From the human T2T-CHM13v2.0 reference genome, Homo sapiens, in the NCBI RefSeq assembly GCF_009914755.1, contig NC_060936.1: 64,000 bases of DNA, one strand, 5' to 3'. The notes under the pieces were generated by a model. It saw only the letters and a program-made list of their open reading frames with translations. It did no database searches and was not told the DNA's origin. Positions 1 through 16,039 of the stretch are shown here, piece by piece. Both the position numbers and the translations under genes were made by a program. The stretch's first letter is position 1. Each line of letters starts with the position of its first letter.

Positions 1-312
1 TCTTCACCACAATCTGAGATGTGGGTATTATTTTTCCTTGCTCTACAGACACAGAAATAAAGCAATTGTCCAAGATCTCAAAGATGGAAAGAGGCCAAGT
101 TAGGATGAAAACCCAGATCTTCTAAACATACACCGCCCCAATAGTCTTCCCAGGAACACTGTACAGCCTTCATGTAGTATGTATATGTACATGTTTCCTG
201 TATAACAAAGAGACCAGAAGCTTCCCTGGTGCTGGGGGCTATGGGGAGAGCCCAAGGGAGAGGACACCCGCTCCCACTCTGCTGCAACACACAGCACTCT
301 GCTCAGGGATGG

Positions 313-516
313 GGCAGTGGCGTGTTATTGTTACACAAGGGGCTCTCTGTCAGGGAGGGAAGATAAGTCTGTTCTGTAGTGTTTGCCATTTTCCGTGGTG
401 CAAATATTCCATGGCTGATTTCAAGCTGCCACCATGATGTCACTGAATGCAGAGCTGGGAAGAGATGCACACAATCAGGTCTCCTGAGTTTGCTCAAGCA
501 GGCCCAGCACACCATG
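313..516 (+). mobile_element. hAT DNA transposon remnant (MER63A-like)
   Basis: tttccgtggtgcaaata..catggctgatttcaagct..gtcactgaa..tgggaagagatgcacacaatc..cagcacacca resembles the MER63 consensus (from memory). Confidence 0.6.
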
Positions 517-1074
517 GGCCAGGGGTGAAGAAAGGGAGACTGTCCCAGGCTGGGAGTCAGGAACACACATCCAGGAACAAACTGCTGGTGCCTGAGAGAG
601 GAAGGGGATTGGACAAAGCTTCCAACTCTGGGGGACCCTGAGAGGGGAAGAGGGAAGTGTTCAGACAAGAACTTGAGTTGAGAGTCCAGACACACCCATC
701 CAGGGCTTAGTACCCAGCCACTGCAACCCTGACCCAATCAGGTTCAGCCAGTTGGGTGCCCTGCTGCTAGCAACAGCTCCTGATTTGGCAAATATTATGA
801 GGCCTGTTACTAAGGACAGCCTCCCAATACCCCAGAGGGTGAAGAGCAACTTCCAGGGGAAAGTTGCCAAGATTCTTACACCCTGAGGATGTTCAGTCGA
901 AGCTGCAGCAGGAACTCCCGGACTGGGAGACAGGGTGGGGGATTACATGGACCAGCTCCCTCCCACTCAACCATCTCGCCAGCTTCTCTCCCATGGCCAT
1001 CTGAGTGCTGTGCCCTGGGTGTTGGAAGTAAGGTTCTGCCCGTCTTCAAGGAACTTCCATCTGAGAGGAGATCT

Positions 1075-1293
1075 GTATTTTCAAAACTGCAAGCTACAAC
1101 CCACTAGTGGATTGTGAAATCAATTGCATGAGTCTTTACCAGCACATGAGTGTGCATCACAGGTAGTAAGGGTAATATTGCACCATGAAATTTTGTTTGG
1201 GGTGTGTGTGTGTGTGCGCGCATGCAGAACTGTAATATAAAATGAATTTATTATTAGAGATCACTGTTCAAAAAAAGTTTCAGAAATTCCCTG
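1075..1293 (+). mobile_element. hAT-Charlie MER fragment (subfamily uncertain); a related fragment lies at about 36290-36390
   Basis: acccactagtggattgtgaaatcaatt, gtagtaagggtaa, tgaaattttgttt, taaaatgaattt motifs. Confidence 0.45.
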
Positions 1294-1813
1294 ACAGAGG
1301 AAGTGGTACCCACACCCAAACACACACAAACCCAAGAAAATAAGACCAGAAACAGGAGCAGCGTTAGGTGTCAGGACTTGGGGATAGAACATAGAGGTTT
1401 AGTCTGGGAAACTTTTCCAAAGGAGAGAAGTAATGAAAAGCAGAGTTAGAAAAGGGAAACAAGAAACTGAGGCATCTCTCCCAATCTATCCTGGAAGGGA
1501 GAGGAAATTCTCTTAATATCTAATCTAATCCCTAAACCCGCTGATGTGCTCTTCCCTGAAGCCCACCTACTCCTCAAAAGGAAAACCCACAGGTCCCTCC
1601 TCCAGGTAACCACCTTTTCTGGGTCATGACAGTGACACAGCTGGTCGGGGCTAGGGAGGGTGGAGTGAGCTGGGCTCGGGGGCACAAACAGCGGCATGCT
1701 GGGCACAGCCAGGCAGGAGGGCCCAGCGCTGCAGGTGCTGGGGCAACACAGAACAATACCAGATTCATGCCTGCCCTTGGGAAACGTAGACTCTAGTTAA
1801 GAAGACCAAAGTA

Positions 1814-2103
1814 GGCTGGGCATGGTGGCTCACGCCTGTAATACCAGCACTTTGGGAGGCCAAGGTGAACCGATCACGAGGTCAGGAGTTCGAGACCAGC
1901 CTGACCAACATGGCGAAAGCCCATCTCTACTAAAAATACAAAAATTAGCCAGGTGTGGTGGCACATGCCTGTAGTCCCAGCTACTTGGGAGGCTGAGGCA
2001 GGAGAATTGCTTGAACTCGGGAGGCGGAGGTTGCGTGAGCCAAGATTGCGCCATTGCACTCCAGCCTGGGTGACAGAGCAAGACTCTGTCTCAAAAAAAA
2101 AAA
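1814..2103 (+). mobile_element. AluS element with TSD aagaccaaagta
   Basis: Dimeric Alu, A-tail, direct repeats at 1802-1813 and 2103-2114. Confidence 0.95.
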
Positions 2104-2942
2104 AGACCAAAGTAACACACACCTAGAGCAAGCCAACAGCAAAAGCATCCCACAGGGGCGTAACACTTGCCAGTGCAGAATGGCAGAGCAGTGAGATCTT
2201 GCAGATCATCTCGTCCAACACGCTGTCTCACTGCACAAGAAACTGAAGCCCAGAGAGGAAAAGCAACAGGCCAAGGACACATAAAAAGGATGGGACTAGA
2301 GCCCACTAGGCCAGGACTCATTTCATCTTGCAATATGGACAGCCTGGAACAAACCCTGAGACTAGGATGGAGACACAGGGAGGGGGACCTCAACACCCCA
2401 CTTCAGACAAGCTCATTCATACTATTATCCACCCATCGACATTGACTGGGCACTTCTCAGTGCCAAGCACTGTGCCGGGTGCTTCAGATGGCAACGAATA
2501 ATCCCATCTAGGGGAGAGTGGAGTGCACCTGTTGCCCTCCAGGAAAGAACACGGGCTCTGTGACCTCCCTGACCTGCTGCAGCCTCCTTTACCATCAGGA
2601 AGCTCTCAGGTCTAACCTCACTCCTTTCTGCTGCAACATCAGCCCAGTTTCCCTTGGCCCCAGAGGCACTGCTTGCTGGCCTGACCTGACAGGTGGGGAG
2701 GGTGCTTGTATGGCCCAGGGCCCTCTCCCAGCTCCTGAGTCAGCCTGATCCATTGTTCCAATGACTCTGCCTGCTAAGGTGGCTTGAAAGCCCAGCGAGC
2801 CCTGCCAGCTGAAGCTTGTGGGTGAAGAAGGGGCAGAGAGAGGGAGAACTGAGGAAGGCTGATGTTGGGTGGGGAAGCAGAGGGGGTAGAACAGGCAGGT
2901 CTCACCCACTGCCTGGCTTCTTAAAGTCAAAGTTTATAGGGT

Positions 2943-3623
2943 TTTTTTGTTGTTGTTTGGTTGGTTTTTTATTGTTTTGTTTTGTTTTTCTGTTGTTTGT
3001 TTGTCTGTTTTGAGATGGAGTTTTCGCTCTTGTTGCCCAGGCTGGAGTATTGACACGATCTTGGCTCACCGCAACCTCTGTCTCCCGGGTTCAAGCAATT
3101 CTCCTGCCTCAGCCTCTGGAGTAGCTGGGATTACAGGCATGTGCCACCACGCCCGGCTAATTTTGTATTTTTAGTAGAGATGGGGTTTCTCCATGTTGGT
3201 CAGGCTGGTCTTCAACTCCCAACCTCAGGTGATCCGCCCACCTCAGCCTCCCAAACTGCTGGGATTACAGGCATGAGCCACCACTCCCGGCAGAAAGTTT
3301 GTAGTTTTAAAGATGTAGAGGGGGGCTTGGCACAGCGGTTCACACCTGTAATCCCAGCACTTTGGGAGGCCGAGGTGGGTGGATCACCTGAGATCATGAG
3401 TTCAAGACCAGCCTAACCAATATGGTGAAACCCCGTCTCTACTAAAAATACCAAAAAGTTAGCCAGGCGTGGTGGTGCAGGCCCCTATTCCCAGCTACTC
3501 AGGAGGCTGAGGCAGGAGAATTTCTTGAACCCAAGAGGCAGTTTGCAGTGAGCCGAAATCGCACCATTGCACTCCAGTCTGGGTAACAGAGTGAGACTCC
3601 AACTCAAAAAAAAAAAAAAAAAA
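2943..3623. mobile_element. Head-to-head Alu pair (minus about 2943-3291, plus about 3324-3623)
   Basis: Two full Alu consensus matches in opposite orientation about 32 bp apart. Confidence 0.93.
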
Positions 3624-3920
3624 GATGTAGAGGGAGAAGATCCTAAGCCTTGTGGTGCTTCCTTCTCTTTATATAAATAATATTCAGAATTAAAAATGTT
3701 AAATCAACAGACAATAAAATAAAATCAGAAAAAAGAAAACTCTTCTAAAATACTGTCACCTAGAAGTAGCCACTATTTACATTTTAGTATTTAACCTTCC
3801 AGGTGTTTCTATATACAAATATCTTTCAATTTATTCAGTCAGCGCATATTTATTGGACACTTACTATGTGCCAGGCACTATTCTAACAACGGAGATATAG
3901 CAGTAAACAAAACAGATCAT

Positions 3921-5611
<1,691 letters not shown>

Positions 5612-6468
5612 TTAAGCAGGCTTTCCCCCCATATCTGTCAATAAACACATCCTTAGATTACTGTGAAAGGCTCAGAATATTCTCTTGCAAGATTCTCAGG
5701 GGTTTTCACAAGTCCACTGCCTGATATCTTCCCCAGAGGAGATCTGAGCCTTGGTCTAGAAACCTCATCTGATCACAGACACACACACGCACAGGCACAC
5801 GATCACGCATACACACACTGGAGTCCATAGGAGCCAGAGATGGTGGTTCACCAGGCAGCCCAGTTTAATCCAGTCCTGCTCTCAGACACCTGTCCAGGAT
5901 TTTCCAGGGCCCAGACCCATTCCCGGTATTTCCTTGCAAGCAGGAGCAGGAGCAGGAGCCAGTTTCTCCCACTCTTGACTCCCCCTGCAGGTGGCCAGGA
6001 TTCTTGCAACCCAGATGCCTGGGAGCTGGGCTGGACGCCTGGAATGGAAGCAAGGGGCAGTTCATGATCTTCCTGGAAGCCTCTTCTCTGCCACCACCTC
6101 CCTGGTGCCTGATGTGGGGATAAGGCCAGAGGCCCCCAAATGGGGACTCAGAGCGCTGGTGATTCCCAGGCCTTTTTCTAGACCTTGAGAAGTCCAAGTA
6201 GGCCCTGGGCCAACCTGGGAAAATTCACAGTGCATAGACTCTCTCGGAAGCTCTCTTGGGATCCTGGAGACGCCTTGGGCAGAACACAAAATGAGGCTGA
6301 GGATCAGGGAGAGAGGGGCCCTAGGGGCTGATGGTCAAGTTCAGATCAGGGGTCTGACACTATGGGTTCAGACACTGTCTTCACTACGGCCTAGCCATGC
6401 GGCCTCAAGCTAGCGACTTAACCTCTCTGTGCCTTCCTCCATTTTCCAGCTATCATAAGGGGATAATC

Positions 6469-7482
<1,014 letters not shown>

Positions 7483-8751
7483 TCGATTTTATTATTATTA
7501 TCATTATTATTATTACTATCTTCTGAGCCCCACTCCCCACCAGGCTTGGCCTACTAGATGCTGACTTGCCTGGATCTCCTCTTGCTCTCACTGTCATCTG
7601 AGGACAACCATCCCTTCTGGCTCCCTGAGATGAGAGGGGAAGAGACAGAGAGAAAGAAAGAAAATGTGTAGGGACAAGGGTATACAGGGAGCTTGTAAGA
7701 TGTGTGTAAATAAATGGGGGGGGGGCATGAGTGCGAAGGTGCAGAGATCATCTATGATCATGCAGGGGCATGTGCGGGCCAGTAAAATCACAGGGGCTAT
7801 GAAAGTGACACAGTTATGTGTGAGTGCGCCAGGCATCGGTGTATGTGGAAGGGTGGGGTGGGAATGTGTACCTTCTGGGATGGGTATAGTGGATGCTTGC
7901 ATGTATCAGTGTGCAAGGGTATGTGTGAGAAAGACAGAAGCTAGGCATGTGTGTATGGGGGTGTGTTATAAATGTGCAGGTGCGGGTGTGTGAAGGTTGT
8001 GTGTGAATGTTCACCTTCCCCACCTCCACCCCAAACACATATCTCTTGGTAAGGGGGCTTCAACAGAGACAAAAGTACCCCAGGCTGAGAGAACAGTGTT
8101 CCTGACTCTGGAACAAACGATATTTTTCTCTTTCAAAGCTTTCAGATTTCCTGAAGAAGAGCTGCTAGCTCAACCAAGCTCAGCCTTAAACCCGCCCCTC
8201 TGATCGAAACTAAGGAAGGAAACCAGCACCAGCCACCCCCGCCCTGCACCCCCACCCCTGCCAGGGAATGCTCTATGCCAGCAGAACGCACGCCACGCCC
8301 CCCATTTCTCCCTCCCCGCTTGGGCCCACGTGCTCTCCCCAGCCACTCAGGGTGCCCAGGGTAGCTCCCAACCACCAACAGAAGTTTAAGCCCCTCTCCA
8401 GGCTTTGGGAGCACTTTGCTACCTGCCCAGGCAGGCACTACCCTAGGGCAAGCAGGCCACTCCCTGCCAGGGGGAACTGAGAGGTGGGGGGTAGGGGGTG
8501 GCAGCTTCAAAACACACAACCAACCCCCTTCCCGGGAGGCAGGCACTCCACCCCACCCTGCATCTCTTCAAGAAGACAAAATCAGGAAAGAGGGCTGGGT
8601 GGGGAGGGCATCTCAGGAGGAAAGGGTCACTTAGAGGCAGGGTTTGAATGTCAAGAATGTCCCTTCCTTTCATTCAAGGGTCCCAAAGAAGACCATTCTT
8701 CCAGGAAGTTGTCTCAGTTGTCAGTAGTATTATATGTATCAAGAATAATTA

Positions 8752-9230
8752 GGCCAGGTGCAGTGGCTTACGCCAGTAATCCCAGCACTTTGGGAGGCCA
8801 GGGCAGGTGAATCTACTTGAGCCCAGGCATTCAAGACCAGCCTGGGCAACAAAGTGAGACCCCCACGTCTCTACAAAAAAAAAAAAAAAAGGAAATTTGC
8901 TGGATGTAGTGACTCATGCCTATAGTCCTAGCTACTTGGAAGGCTGAGGCAGGAGGATCACTTGAACCCAAGTGTTTGAAGCTGCAGTAAGCCATGATCG
9001 CACCACTGCACTGCACTCAGCCTGGGAGACTGAGGGAGACCCTGTCTCAAAAAAAAAAAAAAAAAAAAAAAGAAGTAGAATTATCACTTAATGTTCAACT
9101 ACTACATGCCAGGTGCTTTACATAGCATACCTCTGATTAATCGCATATTATAGATGGGGAAACTGAGGCTTGGTTGTCCTAGATCACACAACCAATAGTG
9201 GCAGAGTGAGAATCTGAACCCAGGACTATC
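8752..9230 (+). mobile_element. AluJ (about 8752-9072) followed by a MIR
   Basis: AluJ-type right arm; MIR core tatagatggggaaactgaggct..agatcacac..gtggcagag..ctgaacccagg. Confidence 0.85.
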
Positions 9231-12200
9231 TGTAAAGCATTTCTCAGGTCTATGCCTGCATCTGTCTGTTCTCCAGCTGGAATAGCCACCCCTCCACCAG
9301 AGGGGATGGAGGAATCCAAAGAGAGAATGCACTCAGGCCAGATGGGGCAACTAGCAGAGCCATGGGCTGGGCAGCTGGTGAAGGCTCCAGTGAAGGGGAG
9401 TGTAAGGGGCCTCGGGAAGAAAGGGAGAGAGATTGTTAAGTGAAAGAAGGGATGAGGAGGGGGGCCAGGCCTCTGTGCCACCTGATTGAGAGGGCAGGCG
9501 CATTGTTGCATGCAGTGTGGGAGGGAATAGGGTGCAGAGATGGTGGAAAGGAGGCCTGTGGCTGAGCCCAAGTGCCTACTTCCCTGTGCTGTCACTGCCC
9601 CAGGGAGGCCTGGGCCATTTGCCTCAAAGCCAGTGGTGGGCCAGGGGCCTCAGACCCCAAGGAGTGTACATGCTGGGAGCTTCCTGAGCAACCAAGAGCC
9701 TCCAAACTCTGGAACGTGCCAGGGTTTCATTCCTGGAGCCACCTCATTCCCAGCCACAGAGAGGAGTGCTCAAGCCCCAAGGGTCTCCAGGGAAGAGAAA
9801 CTCAGTGGGACTCCAGAGTGACCAGCCAAGAAGGTTCCCAGAGGGGGAACAGAGAAGAGGGGCACCTGGCTGGAGATTCAGGAGACAGGAGATGGGCAGG
9901 GAGCAGGGAAGGTGCGGAAAGCAGCAGAGACAGCAGGGGAGGGGAAATGAAGAATGTGCGAGGAGGAAACTGGAATGAAAGTGCCAGCTGGGGCTGGAGC
10001 ACATCACTTTGAGGAGGAGACAGAGCAAACCTCACCTAAGGCCACCACCCCCAGCCCCATCCCAGCTTCCCCAGGCCCTGCTAAGTGCCAGGAAGAAGCA
10101 GTGTCAAATGCAAGGAGGAGCAGGGCGTCAGTTCCCCACAGCCCCTTCCAGGTCTCTGGAGCTCTATTCCGGAAAGGAGAGGGGAAAAGTGTCACTTGAA
10201 GCCCCCAGGCCTCATGAAGGCCTTTTGCAAGAGGGAGGCACAGAACTACATCAAACCCCCTTTAAAAGTTTCTTGGCAAGCCTGACCCACCACAGGGTAA
10301 TAGGCTGGTGCTGCCACAAAGGGGACTGAAGTTAGGTGACTACAGCCATCTCTGAAAGGACAAAGTCAATATACAGAAGGACTAGGTCCAGGGACCCTGG
10401 TCAGGCAGGGATAGGTGGCCCCATGGAAGCTGGGAAATAGTCAAAATGTCTTCTCTAGATCCCCCTCCCACATTTGACCCTCTGCCCCAGTCTTTTTGTG
10501 CCAAACCACAGCCCAGAGTCCCCATTCTCTGGGACCTCTCAGAAGAACTCTGCTCTCTAGGTGGTGGGGGTGGGGCCCCCGTTACATTATTTTCAGACTC
10601 ACTAAACACCTATTAATTTGTAGGGGGCAGGAAGACTGGGAAACACTAATCCAACCCCATGGGAGCCATACAGAAACCATATGAAAAAATGAGGATAATG
10701 GTCCCTGCCATGGGTTATAGTGACAATTGAGGTTTCCAAGTACTTAGCACATGCCTGGCGCAGTTGGTTACTTGTGGGGAGGGGCAGAGAAACGGACCCT
10801 AACGCACACAGACAGGTAGAGAAGAGGCAGACAATTGCAGGGCTGCTGGAGACAGTGCCTGGGCCCAGACACCCTCTGGCACTGGCCAGGCTCATTTGCA
10901 TGTCATTTGCATGTGCTCTGACACTTGTCACTCCTGTCGCTTCAGAGCCTCTGGGTCACACATTGTCTCTGTCCCTTCCTCATGTCACTTCCTGGATTCC
11001 CAAGGGCTGAGGGGACCCCACAGAGAGAAGAGAACCCCGAGTCTGGGGGTCAAGGAGCCTGAGGGAGGACCCGGAGTCTGAAAAGGGTGGGTGCTTTGGC
11101 TGCCTGGAAGCCTGGCTTAGGGCGACCCCTGCAGGGCAATCCTAGAATGGAGGGAGGAGGCGGAGAGGTGAGCTCGGGCTCCCCCCAGCTCCCAGGGCGG
11201 CACCAGCCTGGCCCTTTTACCTCCAACACGCCCTATGCTCCCTGGCACCCTGGAGTCTGAAGGCAGTCCACCGACCTGGGCCAGATAGAATCCAGAAACT
11301 CACAGCTGCCCCAATTAGCTAAAACAAAGGGGGTCAATGTGGGTTGTACCAAGCATCAAAGCAGGAATATCTGGGGGCTCTAGGCCATCAGCAACACCAT
11401 CCAGATACCACTGGACCTGCACCAGTGCCTACCCTGGGTGCCACAGCCCCATCCTGCCACCCAGCACTGGAAGGGATTGTGATTTTAACTGGGGAAGAAT
11501 TTAGGGAACAGAGAGGATTGTGAGGGACTGGAGAGAACCTCACATAGCCTGTACTGAAGGTGGACCCACCAAGGTTTCTCCAGCTGGGGTCCCATCCACA
11601 GAGGACAACATCGGTGGGAATAGACTGCAGCTGGCGGGATTGAGGTCAGGCCAGGGAGGGATTCCCCACCATAGTGGCGTTACTTGGGGCCCACTGGGAG
11701 ACACCTAGTTCCCTTCCCACCCAGAGGCAGTTCTGCCTGTCCAGTTCAGCCGGGAGGGAAACAGCAGAGGAAATGCAGCGACTGCAACATTTGACTAAGG
11801 GGAAAAAAAATGTCAAAAATGCTCTGAGCCTGCAGTTTGCTTGTTGACATACACAGATGCTCACACTTTTGCCATTGGGTTCCCTCCACCCACCGCCCCT
11901 GCCTTGGCTCAGCGTGTGAATGGGGGCAGAAGGGAGGGCAGGGCAGAAGGGTGTGTGTGTGAACAAGTGAAGTCATTCTCTCTGGGTGGCTCCTTTTAAT
12001 TAGCACCCTGAAAAAACTCCCAGCCAGCAAAATTGAGTCTTGCCAACTGGGAGCCCCATCATTCTGACTCATCCAGGCCCTGGGGGCGAGAGTAGGGGCA
12101 CGAAATCTGAGAGTCAGGAAGGGGGTTGTTGAAAGCCTGGGCATTTGAGAAGGCTTCTCAGTCCTCTGGAGGACCCTCAGGAAGGACGTGGTCACATCTG

Positions 12201-13879
12201 AGAGTCAGTTGGCCCCTGGGAAGCTTGGACTGAGTTGGTTCAGAGCAAGAGAATGGAGGTTGGCAAGGCATCAGAGAAATCACCGCTTTCCCCAGCTCCC
12301 CCGAGGAGACCAGCCCCTGAGCTTGGCCAGGGTCAGCCCTGGAGGTCATACTACAGGACATTACATCAGGTCCAGGCCTGGGTGAAGCATTTGGGCCATT
12401 TCAGTTGTACTCAACATTCTAAGCAAAGAGTCACCTGATATCTTATGGCCAACCCCCAGAATCTAGTCCCCGGAACTGGAAGCAGCAAGTTTACTCTATG
12501 AAGGGGACAGAGCAAGCCTCAGGCACCTTCCCTCAAGACCCCTCGCCCCACAGTCCAGAGGACTGTCCATGCCCCTCCTCTCCCTCAAAACTTTTCTGCA
12601 GGCAACTGCCTGATAAACCTCCCAGAATCTGTGCCAGCCTCCTGGCCTGGTGTGTTCAGTTGCTCCACTGTTGCCTGGATCTGACACTCTCTTCCCCTAT
12701 CAGGCTGGGAGTCCCAGAGGCCAGGGCCCAAGCATCTCCTTGCTCTGGTCTTCAACAAAAGCCCTTAGGACCATATAGTCCACGGGAGGGGCACAAACCT
12801 GCTCCCTGTGAAAATGGGCAGTGGGGGAGGTGGTGGGAGCCCTGAGACTCAGGGCTTCTCTGGATGGGGAGACAGGAGCCCCAGGTTCAATCCCGCTGCT
12901 GCTGCTACAGAATCACTGTGTGACCTCAGATGTGAAATTTTCTACCTCGAATGTAGACCCAGTAGCCTTGGGGGTCCCTTGCAGTCTCTGATACTAGGAT
13001 TAGCTAGTAACCGAGGGTTCATTGTCGGGGGAAACACCAGGGCAATGGGAAAACACTACTTGGAAGACCAGGCTGGTATGGCCGTGATTGAACAGGAAAG
13101 GATTCTTACTGCCAGGGTCAGGAGCAGGGATGCCTTCTAGCTCTCCCTGGCTCTAGAGCACCATTTCCAAATGCCCCCAGCTCCAGGAAGGAGTTCAGGC
13201 AAGAGCTGGGGAGCTGCACAAGGCAAAGTAGAGCAGAGCTGCCTAAAACTGTCCAGGGCCCAGAGGGCCATTCCCAGGGGCTGGCTGTCCCCCTCGGGCT
13301 ACTTCCCAGGCCAAGCAGCCAAATCCCCAAAACCGGAATCCACCAACCCAGAGGACCACCGCCCCTGCTGACCGCCAAACCGTCCCTGGAGAACCAGACC
13401 ATTGTGCCCTCCCACCAACCACAACCACCCTGGGGGCCCCCACCCTGGAGCTCATGCTGTTGGGAGAGGGTAGGGCCTGATTTCAGGTGACAGTGGAGAA
13501 AGGATGGGGTGACTGCTCTTGGGGACAGAGAGTGGCGTGTTGGAAGAATGAAGGCGTCCTGTCCCTGGGGCTGAGTGGGAACCTGAGCAGGGCAGGCACC
13601 GCCCGACGCGGAGGCCTCCACCCCCAACCCAGCTGGGCTGCCTGCTCCCATCACACCCTGGGCAGTAAAACTTGCTTTTATGGTTGTTGCGGGGGTTGTT
13701 TTCCTTGGTGGTGGGGGCAGGGGGTTCTGTTTGTGTCTTTGTATCTTTGTGCAAATACACCTGTGTTGATATGTGCCTGCTCCTATACATGTATTGATGT
13801 CTGAGGTTTTGTGTGTGTGTAAATCTGCATGTGTCCATGCCTCTGTGTGTGGATATATCTGTGGGGGAGATCATCATAG

Positions 13880-14060
13880 CTACCATTTATTATTTCAATG
13901 TACTCTCCAGGTGTTGTTTCCTTTAATCCTCGGACAATCCTTTAAGGAAGATATTCTAGCTATCCCCATTTTACAGATAGGGCCATAGGGTTGGAGAGAT
14001 CCGATAATTGACCCAAAGTCAGATCACCAGTAAGAGGCAGAACCAGGAGACTTCCCTCTA
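13880..14060 (+). mobile_element. MIR SINE; further MIR remnants at about 1-110, 15600-15775, 27350-27580, 40880-41000, 43760-43960, 52090-52280, 63830-63980
   Basis: MIR core motifs ccccattttacaga and gaaactgagg / aaggtcacac / gatttgaacccagg. Confidence 0.65.
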
Positions 14061-14569
14061 CTGCTGAATGTGTCTCTCTGTGTGCCCGAAAATAAAGAGC
14101 TATATATGAGAATCGTGTAACATCTGTCTGTGTGTGTGTCTGCACCGTCTAAACCTGTGCATGTGTGTGGGGTGTGTGTGTGTGTTTTGTGGCCCAGGTG
14201 CAAGTCAGGTGCACCTGCCAGCAGCTGGCATCACCAAGGTCTTAGGGACAGTGGCCCTCTGAGCATATTTTCTGACTGTATTGTCCCTAGAACAATTTCT
14301 GAAGCAGATGACAGCGTGTGGTGTTGCTGACTGTGGACAGAGAACTTCTGCCGTCAAGACCGTAGCAGGAAATGCCCCTGTGCCCCTGAGCCTGGCAAAC
14401 AAGGCAGCCTGTCTCCTTCAAGGAGGAGCTGAGTGCCCCGCAGAGACATTCCGGGAAGAGCTCAGAGGGGGGTAAGAAGGAAGAAGAGCGAGGCTGCCTC
14501 CCACCCCCCGCAGAGCCACCCGTGCCCCTAATCCACAGGTGGGAGTGGCGGGGAGTGGCCCCTCGAAGA

Positions 14570-14990
14570 GGAGCTGAGACGTCTCCGCTCGGTTCCCCTG
14601 AGAGCCCTGTGCTCCGTCACCGACAGCCTCTCTCCAGAAGTAGAGACCATGGAGTCTGGCTGGGTGCCGCGTCAGGGGTCTCTCGGGGCGGCTAGAGGCC
14701 CTGGGAACCTGGAAGCCCGCGGGGCGCGGCGGGGCGGGGCAGAGCGCTAGAGCCGGGTGGCGGCCGCCGATTGGCTGGGCCCGAGCGCTCCCACGGCGGC
14801 CGGGGGCCCCAGGGCGGCGCCGGCCGCGCCCGCTCCGCGGTGACTCATCCAGCACCCCACCTCTGGAGCTGGACGGGCGCCCGGCCTCTTCCCACCCCAG
14901 ACCCGCCCGCTAAGCCGGGAGAGCCTGACTCAGCAGGGGGAGCCTGGCCTGCCTTCCGCCCCCTTCGCGTCCTCCCCCGGGGCAGAGGAG
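14570..14990. promoter_or_regulatory. Intergenic (orphan) CpG island with promoter/enhancer motifs
   Basis: Dense CpG; GGGGCGGGG at 14731-14739; reverse CCAAT (gattgg) at about 14769-14774; TGACTCA at 14841-14847; TGACTCAGCA at 14926-14935. Confidence 0.75.
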
Positions 14991-16039
14991 AGTGTTGTGG
15001 GGAGAATGCGTTTCTGTCCCTGTGGGAGAATTTGTCCCGCTCTAGGGAGGAGAATCTGGTATCTGTTCTTCTGGGAGACTGTGTGTCTGTCCATGGGCGG
15101 TGGGGCCTTCTGTCCCCACAACGGGAGGTTGTGTGCCTGTCTTTCTGGGGGTGTCTCTGTGTCTTAAGATCTTTATGAGTGTGGCCGATGGACTGTGGTC
15201 TTTTGGAATCTGCCTGTTGGTCTCTTTGGAGCATCACTGACCTCCACCACTCCAGATCATCTCTGTGCCCCCCTACACCCCACTTCCCCAGAAGTGGGGA
15301 AGAGCTTAGCAGCTCTGTGCCTCTGTCTCACAGCGGCCAGGACAGGCCCCTCAGGGGTTAGCTCTGAGTAATTCTCCAGCTCTGGCTCTGCCCCCTCCAC
15401 AGTGCCAGGGCCCCTGAAGGTCTGAGGCCAGATGCTACCCTGCAGGCCAGGCTCAATCCCTACAGCAGTGCCTGAAATATCTCAAAGTGATTTTAAAGCA
15501 AGATCTCAAAAGTGATCTTAAACCAAGTGATCCCTCAAAAAGGGAAAAGGACCCACAATTGTCCAGAGACTACTGTGGGCCATGTGTGCCATGCTAGGAG
15601 CTTCGTGTTCACCTTATCGATGCTTCTCACAGCAACTCCAAAAACAAACATAATCCCCATTTTACCGGGGAGAAACTGAGGCCTACGTGGTGGCTCAAGG
15701 TCACACTGGCACAGTATATGAGCAAATCTGGATTTGAACCCAGGACTCTCTGGCTCTAAAGTGTATGCTCTTTCCACGGCTGTGGCTGTTCCCTGAGCGC
15801 CTTAGCCAGGAGTGGCCTCCACCTGGCCCCACAGCAAACCTGGGGGAAACTCCACCACCTCCACAGGGAGACCAGCCTTCAACTTCATCCAGGCTTTCCC
15901 ATACCAAGAGAGGATCCCCCAGGACTGTGAGAGGGACTGGGGTGGGAAGGAGAAAGAAGCCAAGAGTCAGTACATGTGGGGTTTGGAGTAGGCAACAGGA
16001 TATGCCAGATCCCGGGGCTGGGGAAGAGGACCCTGCAGC

